From positions 1 to 54,628 of IMG/VR virus record IMGVR_UViG_3300033076_001036: DNA of 54,628 nucleotides. One strand, given 5' to 3'. Of the stretch, positions 1 through 9,110 are shown piece by piece. The notes beneath the pieces were generated by a model, which saw only the letters and a program-made list of their open reading frames with translations, was not told the DNA's origin and ran no database searches. How positions within the stretch are numbered: the stretch's first letter is position 1; each line of letters starts with the position of its first letter. The position numbers were made by a program, and so were the translations under genes. The stretch comes from a virus. Lineage: Duplodnaviria; Caudoviricetes.

Positions 1-792
1 CCGACGCATAGCGGGCGTCAGCTTCGCATGTTTCGACGCGGACACCGCGAGGAAGAGACTGTTTACGATGACCTTAGAGCTATTGGGATTGTGGTCACGG
101 GAATACAGGCTAGAGCAGACTTCGGTGCAGGCGTTAGCGGTTCGTTTGATGGGATTATCGTACTTAACGGCGTTCGAACGCTGCTAGAAATCAAGGGCCT
201 AAACGAGGATCGCTTCAAGGCACTCAAGAAGCACGGCGTAAAGAAAGCAGAACTTGAGTACTGGCGACAAATGCAGCTTGGAATGTTGGGCCTAGGTCTT
301 GACCAGGCTCTATTTTTCGTCACTTGCAAAGACAACGATGACAGGTATGAAGAGCGCGTCAAGATAGACCGCGCCGAAGCTGAGCGCATTCGAGATCGCG
401 CCATCTCAATCGCACTGTCGAACGAAGCTCCGCCGCGAATCTCGAACGATCCTGCTTTCTACATTTGCAAGATGTGCGACCAGAGGAAAGCTTGTTTTGA
501 ATCTTCCGATTGGGTCAACTGCCGAACGTGCGCACATTCAACTCATACAGCTGAAGATAAGTGGATTTGCGAGCGCTGGGAACTTGAGATCCCGGACCTT
601 GAAGCTCAACTCACCGGGTGCGACTCCCACGTCATGCATCCTCACGTTGTGCCGTCATGGGAGCGACTAGAAAGTATCGGAGAATTTGCAGCTCCCTATA
701 GACTTCAAAACGGAACTGAGGTAATCAACGGGAATCCGGAGGAGTTACCGGGAGCCGTAACAAGTCGAGAGCTGATAGGGGAAAACAAGTGA
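1..792 (+). CDS. Cas4-like PD-(D/E)XK exonuclease (5' end truncated by the window edge)
   Basis: Frame is open from base 1 (PTHSGRQLRMFRRGHREE). Motifs: FDG..LLEIK, QMQLGM, C-terminal CKMCDQRKAC and a second Cys/His cluster. Confidence 0.8.
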   Translation, partial: PTHSGRQLRMFRRGHREEETVYDDLRAIGIVVTGIQARADFGAGVSGSFDGIIVLNGVRTLLEIKGLNEDRFKALKKHGVKKAELEYWRQMQLGMLGLGLDQALFFVTCKDNDDRYEERVKIDRAEAERIRDRAISIALSNEAPPRISNDPAFYICKMCDQRKACFESSDWVNCRTCAHSTHTAEDKWICERWELEIPDLEAQLTGCDSHVMHPHVVPSWERLESIGEFAAPYRLQNGTEVINGNPEELPGAVTSRELIGENK

Positions 793-2177
793 TAGAACTG
801 ACAGAGTATGAGCGGCTTATCGCCAAGAAGACGAGGATGGTTCCGCCTACAGGTATACCGTCACCACCGGAACTAGGTAACTACCTTTTTGACTTCCAGT
901 CCGCATGTGTGAAGTGGTCTTTGGTGCGCGGAAGATCATGCTTGTTTCTTGACACTGGGCTAGGTAAATCAAGGTGCGCCATTGAATGGGCTCGCGTAGT
1001 TCACGAGCACACGGGAAAACCAGTATTGATTCTTACTCCGTTGGCAGTGGCTAGGCAGTTCGTTTCCGAGGGATCCGCCATAGGTGTTGTCGTTAATAGG
1101 GTCATTGAGACATCTGACATCTCGCACGGGATCAATGTCGTTAACTACGACAGGTTGGATCGTGTGATCGGCACTGAGTGGGGAGGTGTTGTCCTGGATG
1201 AATCTTCTATCCTGAAGGACTTTAACGGCAAGACCAGGAACGCGCTAATCGATGCGTTCAAAAACGTACGGTTTAAGCTGTGCACAACCGCAACGCCAGC
1301 TCCTAACGACCACACGGAACTCGGGAACCATGCGGAGTTTCTCGGAGCGATGACCCGCACTGAGATGCTGTCAATGTTTTTCGTCCACGACGGTGGAAGT
1401 ACTCAAGATTGGCGCATTAAAGGGCATGCTGTTGAGCCGTTTTGGAAGTGGGTGGCGTCGTGGGCTATCGCAATACGCTCACCATCCGACATTGGGTTTG
1501 ATGGGTCAAAGTATATCTTGCCTCCCATTCAGATCGATCAGGTAACGGTTGACTCGGGTGATAACTCAAACGGTGGGATGTTGATTGGGTATGAAGCCAG
1601 GACTCTGTCCGAGCAAAGGGCATCCCGCCGCGCTTCACTTAATAACAGGGTGAAGGCGTGCGCAGACGAAGTGAACGCATCAAGTGAACCATGGCTAATA
1701 TGGTGTGATCTTAACGATGAAAGCTCGGCTCTCACAAGCGCCATTCCTGACGCTGTTGAGGTTCGAGGTAGCGACTCCAGCGAACACAAGGAAAAGGCTG
1801 TCTGGGATTTTATCGAAGGCAAATCGAGAGTTCTAGTAACCAAGCCAAGCATATGCGGGGCTGGGCTCAATATGCAGCGGTGTGCTCACGTTGCATTCGT
1901 AGGACTTGGCTACTCATGGGAGCTTTACTACCAAGCGATCCGAAGGGTCTACAGATTCGGTCAGTCCAGGCCGGTAACGGTGAGAGTGATTGTTGGTTCG
2001 TCTGAAGGCCGAGTGGTTGAGTCGATTAAGAGAAAGCAATCCGATGCCGACGTCATGGCTGTTGGAATTGTTGCGCATATGCGCGAGTCAATGATACACA
2101 ACATAGAGTCTCTCGGTAAAACCGAGGACGGGTACTTTGCAAACGAGGGGATGGTTATTCCAAAATGGTTAACGTGA
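789..2177 (+). CDS. SNF2-type superfamily 2 helicase
   Basis: Walker A DTGLGKS, Walker B VVLDESS, motif III TATP, GAGLNMQ, motif VI QAIRRVYRFGQ. Confidence 0.9.
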   Translation: MIELTEYERLIAKKTRMVPPTGIPSPPELGNYLFDFQSACVKWSLVRGRSCLFLDTGLGKSRCAIEWARVVHEHTGKPVLILTPLAVARQFVSEGSAIGVVVNRVIETSDISHGINVVNYDRLDRVIGTEWGGVVLDESSILKDFNGKTRNALIDAFKNVRFKLCTTATPAPNDHTELGNHAEFLGAMTRTEMLSMFFVHDGGSTQDWRIKGHAVEPFWKWVASWAIAIRSPSDIGFDGSKYILPPIQIDQVTVDSGDNSNGGMLIGYEARTLSEQRASRRASLNNRVKACADEVNASSEPWLIWCDLNDESSALTSAIPDAVEVRGSDSSEHKEKAVWDFIEGKSRVLVTKPSICGAGLNMQRCAHVAFVGLGYSWELYYQAIRRVYRFGQSRPVTVRVIVGSSEGRVVESIKRKQSDADVMAVGIVAHMRESMIHNIESLGKTEDGYFANEGMVIPKWLT

Positions 2178-3112
2178 TTTCTCAGTCTTCCGGAGACGGG
2201 TGGCATCTTTACAACGCTGATTGCGTGGATGTTCTGTCTGGCCTTCCTCCGGAGTCAGTTCACTACACGATCTACTCACCGCCATTTGCGTCGCTCTACA
2301 CATACAGCGCAAGCTCGCGCGACATGGGCAACTGCGCCAACTCGGAGGAGTTCCTAGAGCAGTTTAGCTTTTTGATGCCAGAGTTGCTGAGGGTAACCAA
2401 GCCAGGTCGTCTAATGAGCATGCATTGCATGTTGCTTCCAACATCGAAAGCGCGCGACGGATTCATTGGCCTTTCTGATTTTCGAGGTGACCTCATTCGC
2501 GCCGCTATCAAGGCCGGATGGATCTTTCACTCCGAAGTTTGCATCTGGAAAGACCCGGTTACAGCAATGCAACGCACCAAGGCACTCGGACTACTCCACA
2601 AGCAGATCCGCAAGGACTCAACCATGAGCCGTCAGGGCGTACCTGACTACCTTGTGACTATGCGAAAACCAGGGGAGAACGCGGAGCCAGTTAGTCACAC
2701 CCATGAACAGTTCCCGGTTGAGATGTGGCAAAGGTACGCATCTCCAGTGTGGGCCACATCTGGACAGACTGATGATGAGGGGTTCATCAAATTTGAATCA
2801 CCAAATCAAAACAACCCGGACAAATGTGGGATCGATCCGGGGGATACGCTACAGGGAACGAGCGCTCGATCCGAAGAAGATGAGCGCCACATTTGCCCAT
2901 TGCAGCTGGATGTAATCAGGAGGGGAGTCAGGCTTTGGACAAATCCAGGTGACACGGTGCTCTCACCTTTTGCTGGGATAGGAAGCGAGGGTTATGTATC
3001 CTTGCAAGAAGGTAGGAAGTTCATTGGAGCTGAGCTTAAGCCGTCGTACTATGACCAGGCAAAAGCCAACCTAAGCAACGTCGGAAGACAGTTATCAATG
3101 TTTGGAACCTGA
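2165..3112 (+). CDS. N4-cytosine/N6-adenine DNA methyltransferase, beta class
   Basis: Catalytic motif SPPF near the N-terminus; HICPLQ and SAM-binding SPFAGIGSEG near the C-terminus; coupled to the helicase gene. Confidence 0.9.
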   Translation: MVNVISQSSGDGWHLYNADCVDVLSGLPPESVHYTIYSPPFASLYTYSASSRDMGNCANSEEFLEQFSFLMPELLRVTKPGRLMSMHCMLLPTSKARDGFIGLSDFRGDLIRAAIKAGWIFHSEVCIWKDPVTAMQRTKALGLLHKQIRKDSTMSRQGVPDYLVTMRKPGENAEPVSHTHEQFPVEMWQRYASPVWATSGQTDDEGFIKFESPNQNNPDKCGIDPGDTLQGTSARSEEDERHICPLQLDVIRRGVRLWTNPGDTVLSPFAGIGSEGYVSLQEGRKFIGAELKPSYYDQAKANLSNVGRQLSMFGT

Positions 3113-3115
3113 ACA

Positions 3116-3400
3116 ATGATCGACATCGAACGAATCAGAAAAGCGACTGCTCGCATTCGGGATATGCACTCTCCGGATGATGTGTTTGCTATCGTCCAGG
3201 AGGAGTGTGGTGAACTCATCACCGAGATCGCAAGACTCAGGCGCGGACGTGCTGACTACTACGGGATAGCGCTAGAGGCTCTCGACTGCATCGTAGTTAG
3301 CGTTTCGCTCTTGGATATGCTAACGCACTCACTTGGAGAAGAGTCGCTAACCGGACTTATCAACGCGAAGATGGATCAAATCGAGAGGTATGAAAGATGA
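3116..3400 (+). CDS. MazG-like all-alpha NTP pyrophosphohydrolase
   Basis: EECGELI...EALD acidic motif in a short helical protein. Confidence 0.6.
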   Translation: MIDIERIRKATARIRDMHSPDDVFAIVQEECGELITEIARLRRGRADYYGIALEALDCIVVSVSLLDMLTHSLGEESLTGLINAKMDQIERYER

Positions 3401-3591
3401 GTGAATACGTGCCGCCGGCGAGTCCGTGCATGTGGGCGATTGCTGACCGATTTTTAGATTCCTCCGGATTTGCTATGTTCGCAATAACGGTCGGCCCCTG
3501 CAAAACCGCGTTCGACGCCTGGAAGCTTTCGCGTTTACCTGGTGACTTTGGGTCGTATCAGTATGAGTCTTTGACGGAGACGAATGAATGA
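3397..3591 (+). CDS. hypothetical protein
   Basis: ATGA overlaps with both neighbours. Confidence 0.6.
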   Translation: MSEYVPPASPCMWAIADRFLDSSGFAMFAITVGPCKTAFDAWKLSRLPGDFGSYQYESLTETNE

Positions 3592-4064
3592 AACTACTAA
3601 CAACAGCCATAGCACTAACAGTCCTTTCGCTAATCGCCGCAACTGGACGCGGGTCTGTTGGCACCCGTGGGATTCTGGCCGGCGCTCCGTGCGAAGGTGA
3701 ACGGGCAGACGTGGACGAATTAGCGCGAGAGATTGACCGAATCACTGACAGGCGTATCCGCGCCCTGGTCATTTCCACGGGGCGCTATGAGTCGAGAGGA
3801 TGGCGCCACGATATCTGTTCCGGCGAAGTCCTGGGAGATAAGGGGAAAGCGTTTGGCTGCTTCCAGGCGCATCATCCGGACCGGTCCGGTGGGTATGAAG
3901 GGCAAGTCCAGCGCGCCGCTAGATTACTCCGGTGGACCCTAGCGCGCTGCGGAACGTATGAGGGAGCGATCGCTCACTATGCGACCGGGCACTCGTGCGA
4001 GTGGTCCGGAGCTAGCGAGCGAGCCGAGTATGCGCGCAAAGTGGAGGCTAGGCTCGAATGGTAA
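3588..4064 (+). CDS. exported lysozyme-like/lytic transglycosylase-like protein
   Basis: Hydrophobic N-terminal signal; ES catalytic-type motif (RYESRG), GCFQ and AIAHYATG match SLT-fold motifs. Confidence 0.55.
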   Translation: MKLLTTAIALTVLSLIAATGRGSVGTRGILAGAPCEGERADVDELAREIDRITDRRIRALVISTGRYESRGWRHDICSGEVLGDKGKAFGCFQAHHPDRSGGYEGQVQRAARLLRWTLARCGTYEGAIAHYATGHSCEWSGASERAEYARKVEARLEW

Positions 4065-4070
4065 TAAACA

Positions 4071-4155
4071 GGGCCGCTTGTTCGTCACTCTGTTCGCGGA
4101 GAGAGGGAGGGGAGGAGACGCGAACAGGAAAACAAGCGGCCCCAATGACTTTTTT
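4071..4155. terminator. long two-tier hairpin; probable bidirectional terminator and candidate sRNA
   Basis: 12-bp outer stem 4071-4082/4131-4142; 9-bp inner stem 4090-4098/4119-4127; 20-nt all-purine loop on +; T-rich tracts on both strands. Confidence 0.65.
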
Positions 4156-4175
4156 AGCACACTTCCAATTCGTTA

Positions 4176-4190
4176 TGGTAGTGTGAGCGA
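4176..4190 (+). promoter_or_regulatory. extended -10 promoter, predicted leaderless mRNA for 4191..4724
   Basis: TG-g-TAGTGT, then 6 nt, then ATG; no SD. Confidence 0.5.
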
Positions 4191-4724
4191 ATGAAACAGC
4201 CGCTTCTTTTTGACGTCGGGGAAGCTAGTGAGCTCCCAAGGAAGGAGAAGCCTAAAGAGGTCTTCTTTCCGAGGTCAGGACACTTCCAGCTTCCGGTTGC
4301 CGTGGACGGACTGTACAGCACCGAAGCCAGATTACACGGTAGGAATCCAGACTCAATAACTGGACCGGATCGATCCTGGTGCATTGACGGGAAAGATGCT
4401 AGGCGCTCCGGTGAGTTGCAATGCAAGGCGATCATGTGTGTGCACCACTTGTTCGGGAAAGCTGCCCTAGAACAAGGCGACGAGTCAGCGGTTGAGCGCG
4501 CAATGATCTCCTATCTGAGCGGCGAAATCAACGACTGCTGCGTGCTTGATATTGTCGAGGACGGGATCCCGGTTGACGATGATCAGATCGCCCTACTTCT
4601 TGGCGTTGACCGCGAAAGAGTTCCTCAGATTGGCGCCGAAGCTGCTTTGAGTTTCCGAGAGTCCTCAAAAAAGCCAGGACTATCAAAGCGCAAACTGTCC
4701 AGGGCTAAACCCGAGGATCGGTAA
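4191..4724 (+). CDS. Cys-rich sigma70 region-4-like HTH protein; candidate late transcription factor
   Basis: C..C.HH and CCVLDIVE, then QIALLLGVDRERVPQI (compare sigma 4.2 TRERIRQIE); paralog of 41474..41878. Confidence 0.7.
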   Translation: MKQPLLFDVGEASELPRKEKPKEVFFPRSGHFQLPVAVDGLYSTEARLHGRNPDSITGPDRSWCIDGKDARRSGELQCKAIMCVHHLFGKAALEQGDESAVERAMISYLSGEINDCCVLDIVEDGIPVDDDQIALLLGVDRERVPQIGAEAALSFRESSKKPGLSKRKLSRAKPEDR

Positions 4725-5052
4725 CGGTAATCACTCCGCTTCCACCTTCGTTCAGTTGCGGCACATGCCCGTCAGCAGTCGTCACATTGAGCACGTAGCG
4801 ATAGGTACCAGCGCTGAGTAGCGCGGTCGTAGCCGGCGTCCAGTAAACCCTAATCGTTTTTTCGGCGTCGCTCACTGTCACCGTTGAGCTTGCTTGTGTG
4901 AGCGTGAAAACCGGGGTGGTTGACTTCGCTGGATAGACGCTGAAATCAATTGTTGAAGTGGTGAGGTTCAGCGTCCCAAAGTTCGGATCCGGTACTAAAC
5001 GAAACGTCCACGGTCCGCCACTTCGGCCTAGTTCTACTCTTAGGTTAGCCAT
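4705..5052 (-). CDS. Ig/BppU-like small virion protein
   Basis: Beta-rich; TPATTALLSAGTYRYVL resembles a BppU-N-like pattern; last gene of the leftward arm. Confidence 0.45.
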   Translation of the reverse strand: MANLRVELGRSGGPWTFRLVPDPNFGTLNLTTSTIDFSVYPAKSTTPVFTLTQASSTVTVSDAEKTIRVYWTPATTALLSAGTYRYVLNVTTADGHVPQLNEGGSGVITVTDPRV

Positions 5053-5922
5053 TTAATCTCCGATGACAGTGGCGGTAATCTGCGGACCGCGAACTACTGA
5101 GCAGGTGATTTGTTCTTGCTCAACTTGAGCGGTAATCTGTGGACCGGTTACGACAGAAACCTTTACGCGAGCAGGCCCGCCCGCTGCGGTCAGAACGCCG
5201 GCAGCTGAGCATGTTGCCCCATCAAGAGTGACAGAGCACGCCCCTTCGATTCCTCGCACTACGACGGCGCTAAGCGTTGCGTCGGCTAGTATTACGGACG
5301 AGGCGCTGCGAATCTCAAGCGCGCCCGTAGCGCTCAACGTAGCGCCGGCTAGGACGCTTGACTCAGTAGCAGCTAGCGCAAGTGTCGCCGCGCTGGACAG
5401 TGTTGCGCCAGCTAGTGTGACTGAGCATACGCCAGAAACCGCAATGGTTGACGCGCTTACAAGCGTTGCGCCGGCCAGTGTGTTAGAGCATACGGCGCGA
5501 AGCTCAAGGGTACTAGCGGCCGTGAGTGTGGCGCCGGATAGCGTAACCGCTAAGTCACCGGTTATCGGCGCCGATCCGATTGTACCTTCTGAGCTGAGTG
5601 TAACGTCCGCCAGTGTAATGGCAGCGTTAGCTCGAATCTCAAGCGCGCTTGCGCTGGATAGCGTGACACCCGCCAACGTCGGGGCGCACGCCGCGCGAAT
5701 CTCTAGAGTGCTAGCACTCGAAAGCGTAGCACCGGCCAGCGTTGCAGACGACTGACCGGCTAGAGCTACTGTCCCGGCGCTTGATAACGTCGCTCCCGCC
5801 AGTGTCTTCGCGCAGCTCGCGTTGATTGCGATTACTGCGGACGAGCTTAGGGATGCGCCGGATAGAGTCTGCGATAGACTACCAACGCCCCCAGAAGCTA
5901 TAGACGCTAGCAGGAGTGACAT
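5053..5922 (-). CDS. Ala/Ser/Thr-rich protein with eleven ~21-aa repeats
   Basis: Repeating TL[AS]GATLSS units; three C-terminal QIT repeats. Confidence 0.8.
   Translation of the reverse strand: MSLLLASIASGGVGSLSQTLSGASLSSSAVIAINASCAKTLAGATLSSAGTVALAGQSSATLAGATLSSASTLEIRAACAPTLAGVTLSSASALEIRANAAITLADVTLSSEGTIGSAPITGDLAVTLSGATLTAASTLELRAVCSNTLAGATLVSASTIAVSGVCSVTLAGATLSSAATLALAATESSVLAGATLSATGALEIRSASSVILADATLSAVVVRGIEGACSVTLDGATCSAAGVLTAAGGPARVKVSVVTGPQITAQVEQEQITCSVVRGPQITATVIGD
5188..5889 (-). repeat. 11 degenerate 63-nt (21-aa) coding tandem repeats
   Basis: aa 12-245, e.g. INASCAKTLAGATLSSAGTVA, LAGQSSATLAGATLSSASTLE, VSGVCSVTLAGATLSSAATLA; repeat 5 has 3 extra residues. Confidence 0.85.
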
Positions 5923-5932
5923 TAGATGTTAA

Positions 5933-6253
5933 TCAGCCGAAGAACGCACCAACGTTGCCGATTCTTGGCATATCATACGACGGGAACTCTGGACACACTA
6001 CGTGGTTGATTGTTTCCACAACTGGTCCAACGTTGTAAGTAAGGTGTTCTCCACCGAACAGCTCAGTCCTGACACTGAGCCGAGCAGTAGTGTCAAAATC
6101 TTGATACTCGTTTCCGTCAACGCCATCGACTACGAGAGCAGGGTCCCACACGTGACCATTGCCAAGGATCACGTACTTCCGTGCCTCTACAGGGTCCTCG
6201 AAAATGTGGCCGTCGATTTCAATGTATCCATTTGAGTCAAAAGTCGCTTGCAT
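5933..6253 (-). CDS. hypothetical acidic protein
   Basis: Fits between neighbours with short gaps. Confidence 0.6.
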   Translation of the reverse strand: MQATFDSNGYIEIDGHIFEDPVEARKYVILGNGHVWDPALVVDGVDGNEYQDFDTTARLSVRTELFGGEHLTYNVGPVVETINHVVCPEFPSYDMPRIGNVGAFFG

Positions 6254-6258
6254 GATAT

Positions 6259-7716
6259 TTAGATCTGATAACCAGTGAACGTAATTGTGTGAGCGATTAC
6301 TCCAGCGCTAGGCGCCGTGCCGACTTTCTTTTTCACCGTCTGAATGAACTCGTTCGGGTAAACCGGAATACCTTCTGGGAAGGTCCAGGATACTGAGTTA
6401 AGCGCAGTTAGTGCGGTTGCACCTGATGCTACGGCCTGGTTCCCAAGCGCAATGCGCCGAGGCGATCGAGCTGATGCGGACTCAGTGGTAGCCAAAGAAA
6501 CGTTATTGTGGCCAAACGCCAGAGACCACACCGCGTTATATCCTCCGCCGGTTAGCGCCGTTTGGATGAAGCTCTCGATCTTTACTCCGGTAATAACGAT
6601 CGTCTTCCCTGGTAGTGACGCGGTGCCGGCGGGGTTCTGGTAGCTCTGCACAATGCCATCGGTTGTGACGGCTAGAGTATCAGTCTCCCAGAATTGACCA
6701 CCTAGACCGGACGCCAGAGCTGCAGTGGTATTCGTAGGGACTGCTGCCGTGGGGTTTGCCGAGTTTGCGAAGTTCGCAAGGCTACCCATCGTGCCGCCGG
6801 TTTGGCCCTGGTAGATATGCTTACCGGAAATAGAGTTTGCGATTTGAAATGGGAAAGAATTCTCCGCGTCGCGCTGAAACACATGCGCGTGAGAACACTT
6901 GATTGACTGAGCCGCTCCCGTCGCTGAGCTGTTGTAGGTGCGAATACAGAGCGGTAACGACCTGCTCATCGTGTGGCCGAAGCCAACAGGTCGCGGAAGT
7001 TCGGCGATCTTGATCGGGTACTTTCCCGATCCTTGCGGCATAACCCAAAAGAAAACGAAGTCCTCGCCAAACTCCACTTGGAAGTTTGCAGTGGTATCAA
7101 CGGGCCACCATGTCGGTCCGCTTGCAAGGTTAGAGGCGAGATCCGCGCTGGTGGATTCGGTGCCGTTATTGTTAATTACACACTTGAAAGATCCGTCAGA
7201 ACCAAGGCGGAAGAACGCACCGTCAGTCGGGGCCGACGTACCGGTGCATATGATTGCGCCCCACTCGCTCACATTGTTCGTGACCGGCGCCTGGGTCCGC
7301 TGGAGAGCCAGCGCGAATGTAGTTCCGAATGACCCGTAAACCTGGAACTGCTGATAACTTGCAACGCGAGCCACTGCGCCGCTTGCCGTTGAAAGACCAG
7401 CGTTCAGGTTAACGTTTCCACCCGTGACGGTGACCGTCATCGTAGTAACGGGTGCGGTCCACACCCCGGAGTTGATAGCGGAGCCAGGAAACGGCTCACT
7501 GAAAACCATCGAATCAACGCCGGAGCGCAGTCGGTAATCCTGCGAAACCTCGATTGACTTCATGTCGCGGGTGACGATCGTTCCGTCGTCAACCTCAGCG
7601 GTAGCCGCCGCGAATCCAGCTGTCTGCTCAGGAGAAAGAGCAACGAGAAGCTCGCCATCCGTGTTAGTGCTTACCTTGGTGTTTGGGCTATTCGCGCCCT
7701 CTAACTGTAGTGCCAT
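6259..7716 (-). CDS. putative virion protein with lectin/concanavalin-like beta-sandwich
   Basis: Thr/Ser/Gly-rich beta-type sequence; APTDGAFFR motif; strong AAGGA RBS. Confidence 0.55.
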   Translation of the reverse strand: MALQLEGANSPNTKVSTNTDGELLVALSPEQTAGFAAATAEVDDGTIVTRDMKSIEVSQDYRLRSGVDSMVFSEPFPGSAINSGVWTAPVTTMTVTVTGGNVNLNAGLSTASGAVARVASYQQFQVYGSFGTTFALALQRTQAPVTNNVSEWGAIICTGTSAPTDGAFFRLGSDGSFKCVINNNGTESTSADLASNLASGPTWWPVDTTANFQVEFGEDFVFFWVMPQGSGKYPIKIAELPRPVGFGHTMSRSLPLCIRTYNSSATGAAQSIKCSHAHVFQRDAENSFPFQIANSISGKHIYQGQTGGTMGSLANFANSANPTAAVPTNTTAALASGLGGQFWETDTLAVTTDGIVQSYQNPAGTASLPGKTIVITGVKIESFIQTALTGGGYNAVWSLAFGHNNVSLATTESASARSPRRIALGNQAVASGATALTALNSVSWTFPEGIPVYPNEFIQTVKKKVGTAPSAGVIAHTITFTGYQI

Positions 7717-7731
7717 CCTGTTAGTCCTTGC

Positions 7732-8016
7732 TTATGCCCAAACCCATTTAACCGTAAACTGCCCGGTGTACGGTCCACCATAGCAGTCAAGATAAATGGT
7801 GAACCCCGTTCCGGCTACGATATTGCCACACACTGGGACAACATCTTGCGCGAGCATGATGTGCTCGTCCGCAGAATGGTCAGCTGTTGTGGAGCCCATG
7901 ATCCAAGCTTCCGCAACACTTGAACCCGTGATTCCGGTTTGACCGGTGACAACCGCCGTTGCATACTTGCTAGGCGTTGAGGTGAAATCAACCGTTGCTG
8001 TCCCTGTTGCGCTCAT
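7732..8016 (-). CDS. small putative virion protein, HxxDEH domain
   Basis: Clearly paralogous to the C-terminal ~90 aa of 8013..9104. Confidence 0.65.
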   Translation of the reverse strand: MSATGTATVDFTSTPSKYATAVVTGQTGITGSSVAEAWIMGSTTADHSADEHIMLAQDVVPVCGNIVAGTGFTIYLDCYGGPYTGQFTVKWVWA

Positions 8017-9104
8017 ACGTTACTCCAGAAAAAGCGACACTTCCAAACGCCGCGCAAAACCCAAGGGCTAGTCATTGTGATTTTGAAAGTCCCCGTTCCT
8101 ACCTCACTCACAATCGGCTTGTGCTCTTTCATTGATGCTAGCACCCGGTGTTCATCGGTATTATGCCACGCGGTAGGCTCAGCCATTAGCCAGCACTCGA
8201 CTTTCGTTGTGCTGACAACTCCGGTTTGTCCTGTCAAAACAACGCTTGCCTGTGTCGATCCTTCATACCCGAAGTCAAGCCAAGCGCGACCCATGCCAGT
8301 GGACGGCGAATCGTAAACCTCTCCACCAGCGAACAGCGAAGCGCCGCTAAGTAGGACTCCGGTAGTCCCACTAATCTCCGGATTATCCCAAGCTGAGGGG
8401 TAGTCGTTTTGCTGGCTCGCCGCGCCAGGGGTGAACGCTGTGAAATCATTCGTTCCTGGCCCGCTGTACGTCTCGGAGTCATCAGCTTCCGGGTTCGTGG
8501 CATCCGCCATCGCCTGGAAAAAGAACAGATCTGATCCGGTGTAGATTGGCGTTGGACTTGCGCGCTGTTGTTTGATCTCAGCGTCTGTTAGCTGTCGCTT
8601 GTAGACAATCAGAGTGACATGCCGAGTATTGAACGGCTCTTCGCCGCCAATTCCACCGATAGCAAGAACTTGCCGCAGTGAGCCGCCGAGTCCGATGTTC
8701 TGAGTTGTTACCGTGCTTTGATCGTCAAAGATGTAGCTAAACTTTACCTGGTCAGTTGTGGAGCCAGCGCATGAGAATGCGTAGGCTCCCCATCCAGTAT
8801 GGGCGCCGGACCTAATTGAAGTATCACTAACAGACCAGGCCTCTCCAACATAGAGTCGAATGTTGTCAGAAGTGACTTCGTAGTAGACCTGGCCTAACCC
8901 GCCCTGAGTTCCGGTGTTCCCCGGATCTGAGTTCATCTCAAAAATATTGAGATAACTAGAGCTGCTATTGCTCACCCAATCCGTGACGCGAGCTTGAATA
9001 AATATGGTCCAAGCGCCGGCAAAAAACTCGGCGTTTGGCGCAGCGTCGCCGCGCTTAAGTAGTGTCGCGTTTCCGCTATCAACGCAGGTCGTCTGGGTAG
9101 GCAT
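8013..9104 (-). CDS. putative virion adhesin: LamG-like domain, one 21-aa repeat, HxxDEH domain
   Basis: IVYKRQLTDAEI LamG-type end motif; ISGTTGVLLSGASLFAGGEVY repeat; HNTDEH domain. Confidence 0.6.
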   Translation of the reverse strand: MPTQTTCVDSGNATLLKRGDAAPNAEFFAGAWTIFIQARVTDWVSNSSSSYLNIFEMNSDPGNTGTQGGLGQVYYEVTSDNIRLYVGEAWSVSDTSIRSGAHTGWGAYAFSCAGSTTDQVKFSYIFDDQSTVTTQNIGLGGSLRQVLAIGGIGGEEPFNTRHVTLIVYKRQLTDAEIKQQRASPTPIYTGSDLFFFQAMADATNPEADDSETYSGPGTNDFTAFTPGAASQQNDYPSAWDNPEISGTTGVLLSGASLFAGGEVYDSPSTGMGRAWLDFGYEGSTQASVVLTGQTGVVSTTKVECWLMAEPTAWHNTDEHRVLASMKEHKPIVSEVGTGTFKITMTSPWVLRGVWKCRFFWSNV

Positions 9105-9110
9105 CGAATC

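Noticed and set aside
1-792. Cas4-like gene as evidence of a CRISPR-Cas system
   Set aside because: No array or other cas genes; solo Cas4-like nucleases are common in phage replication modules.
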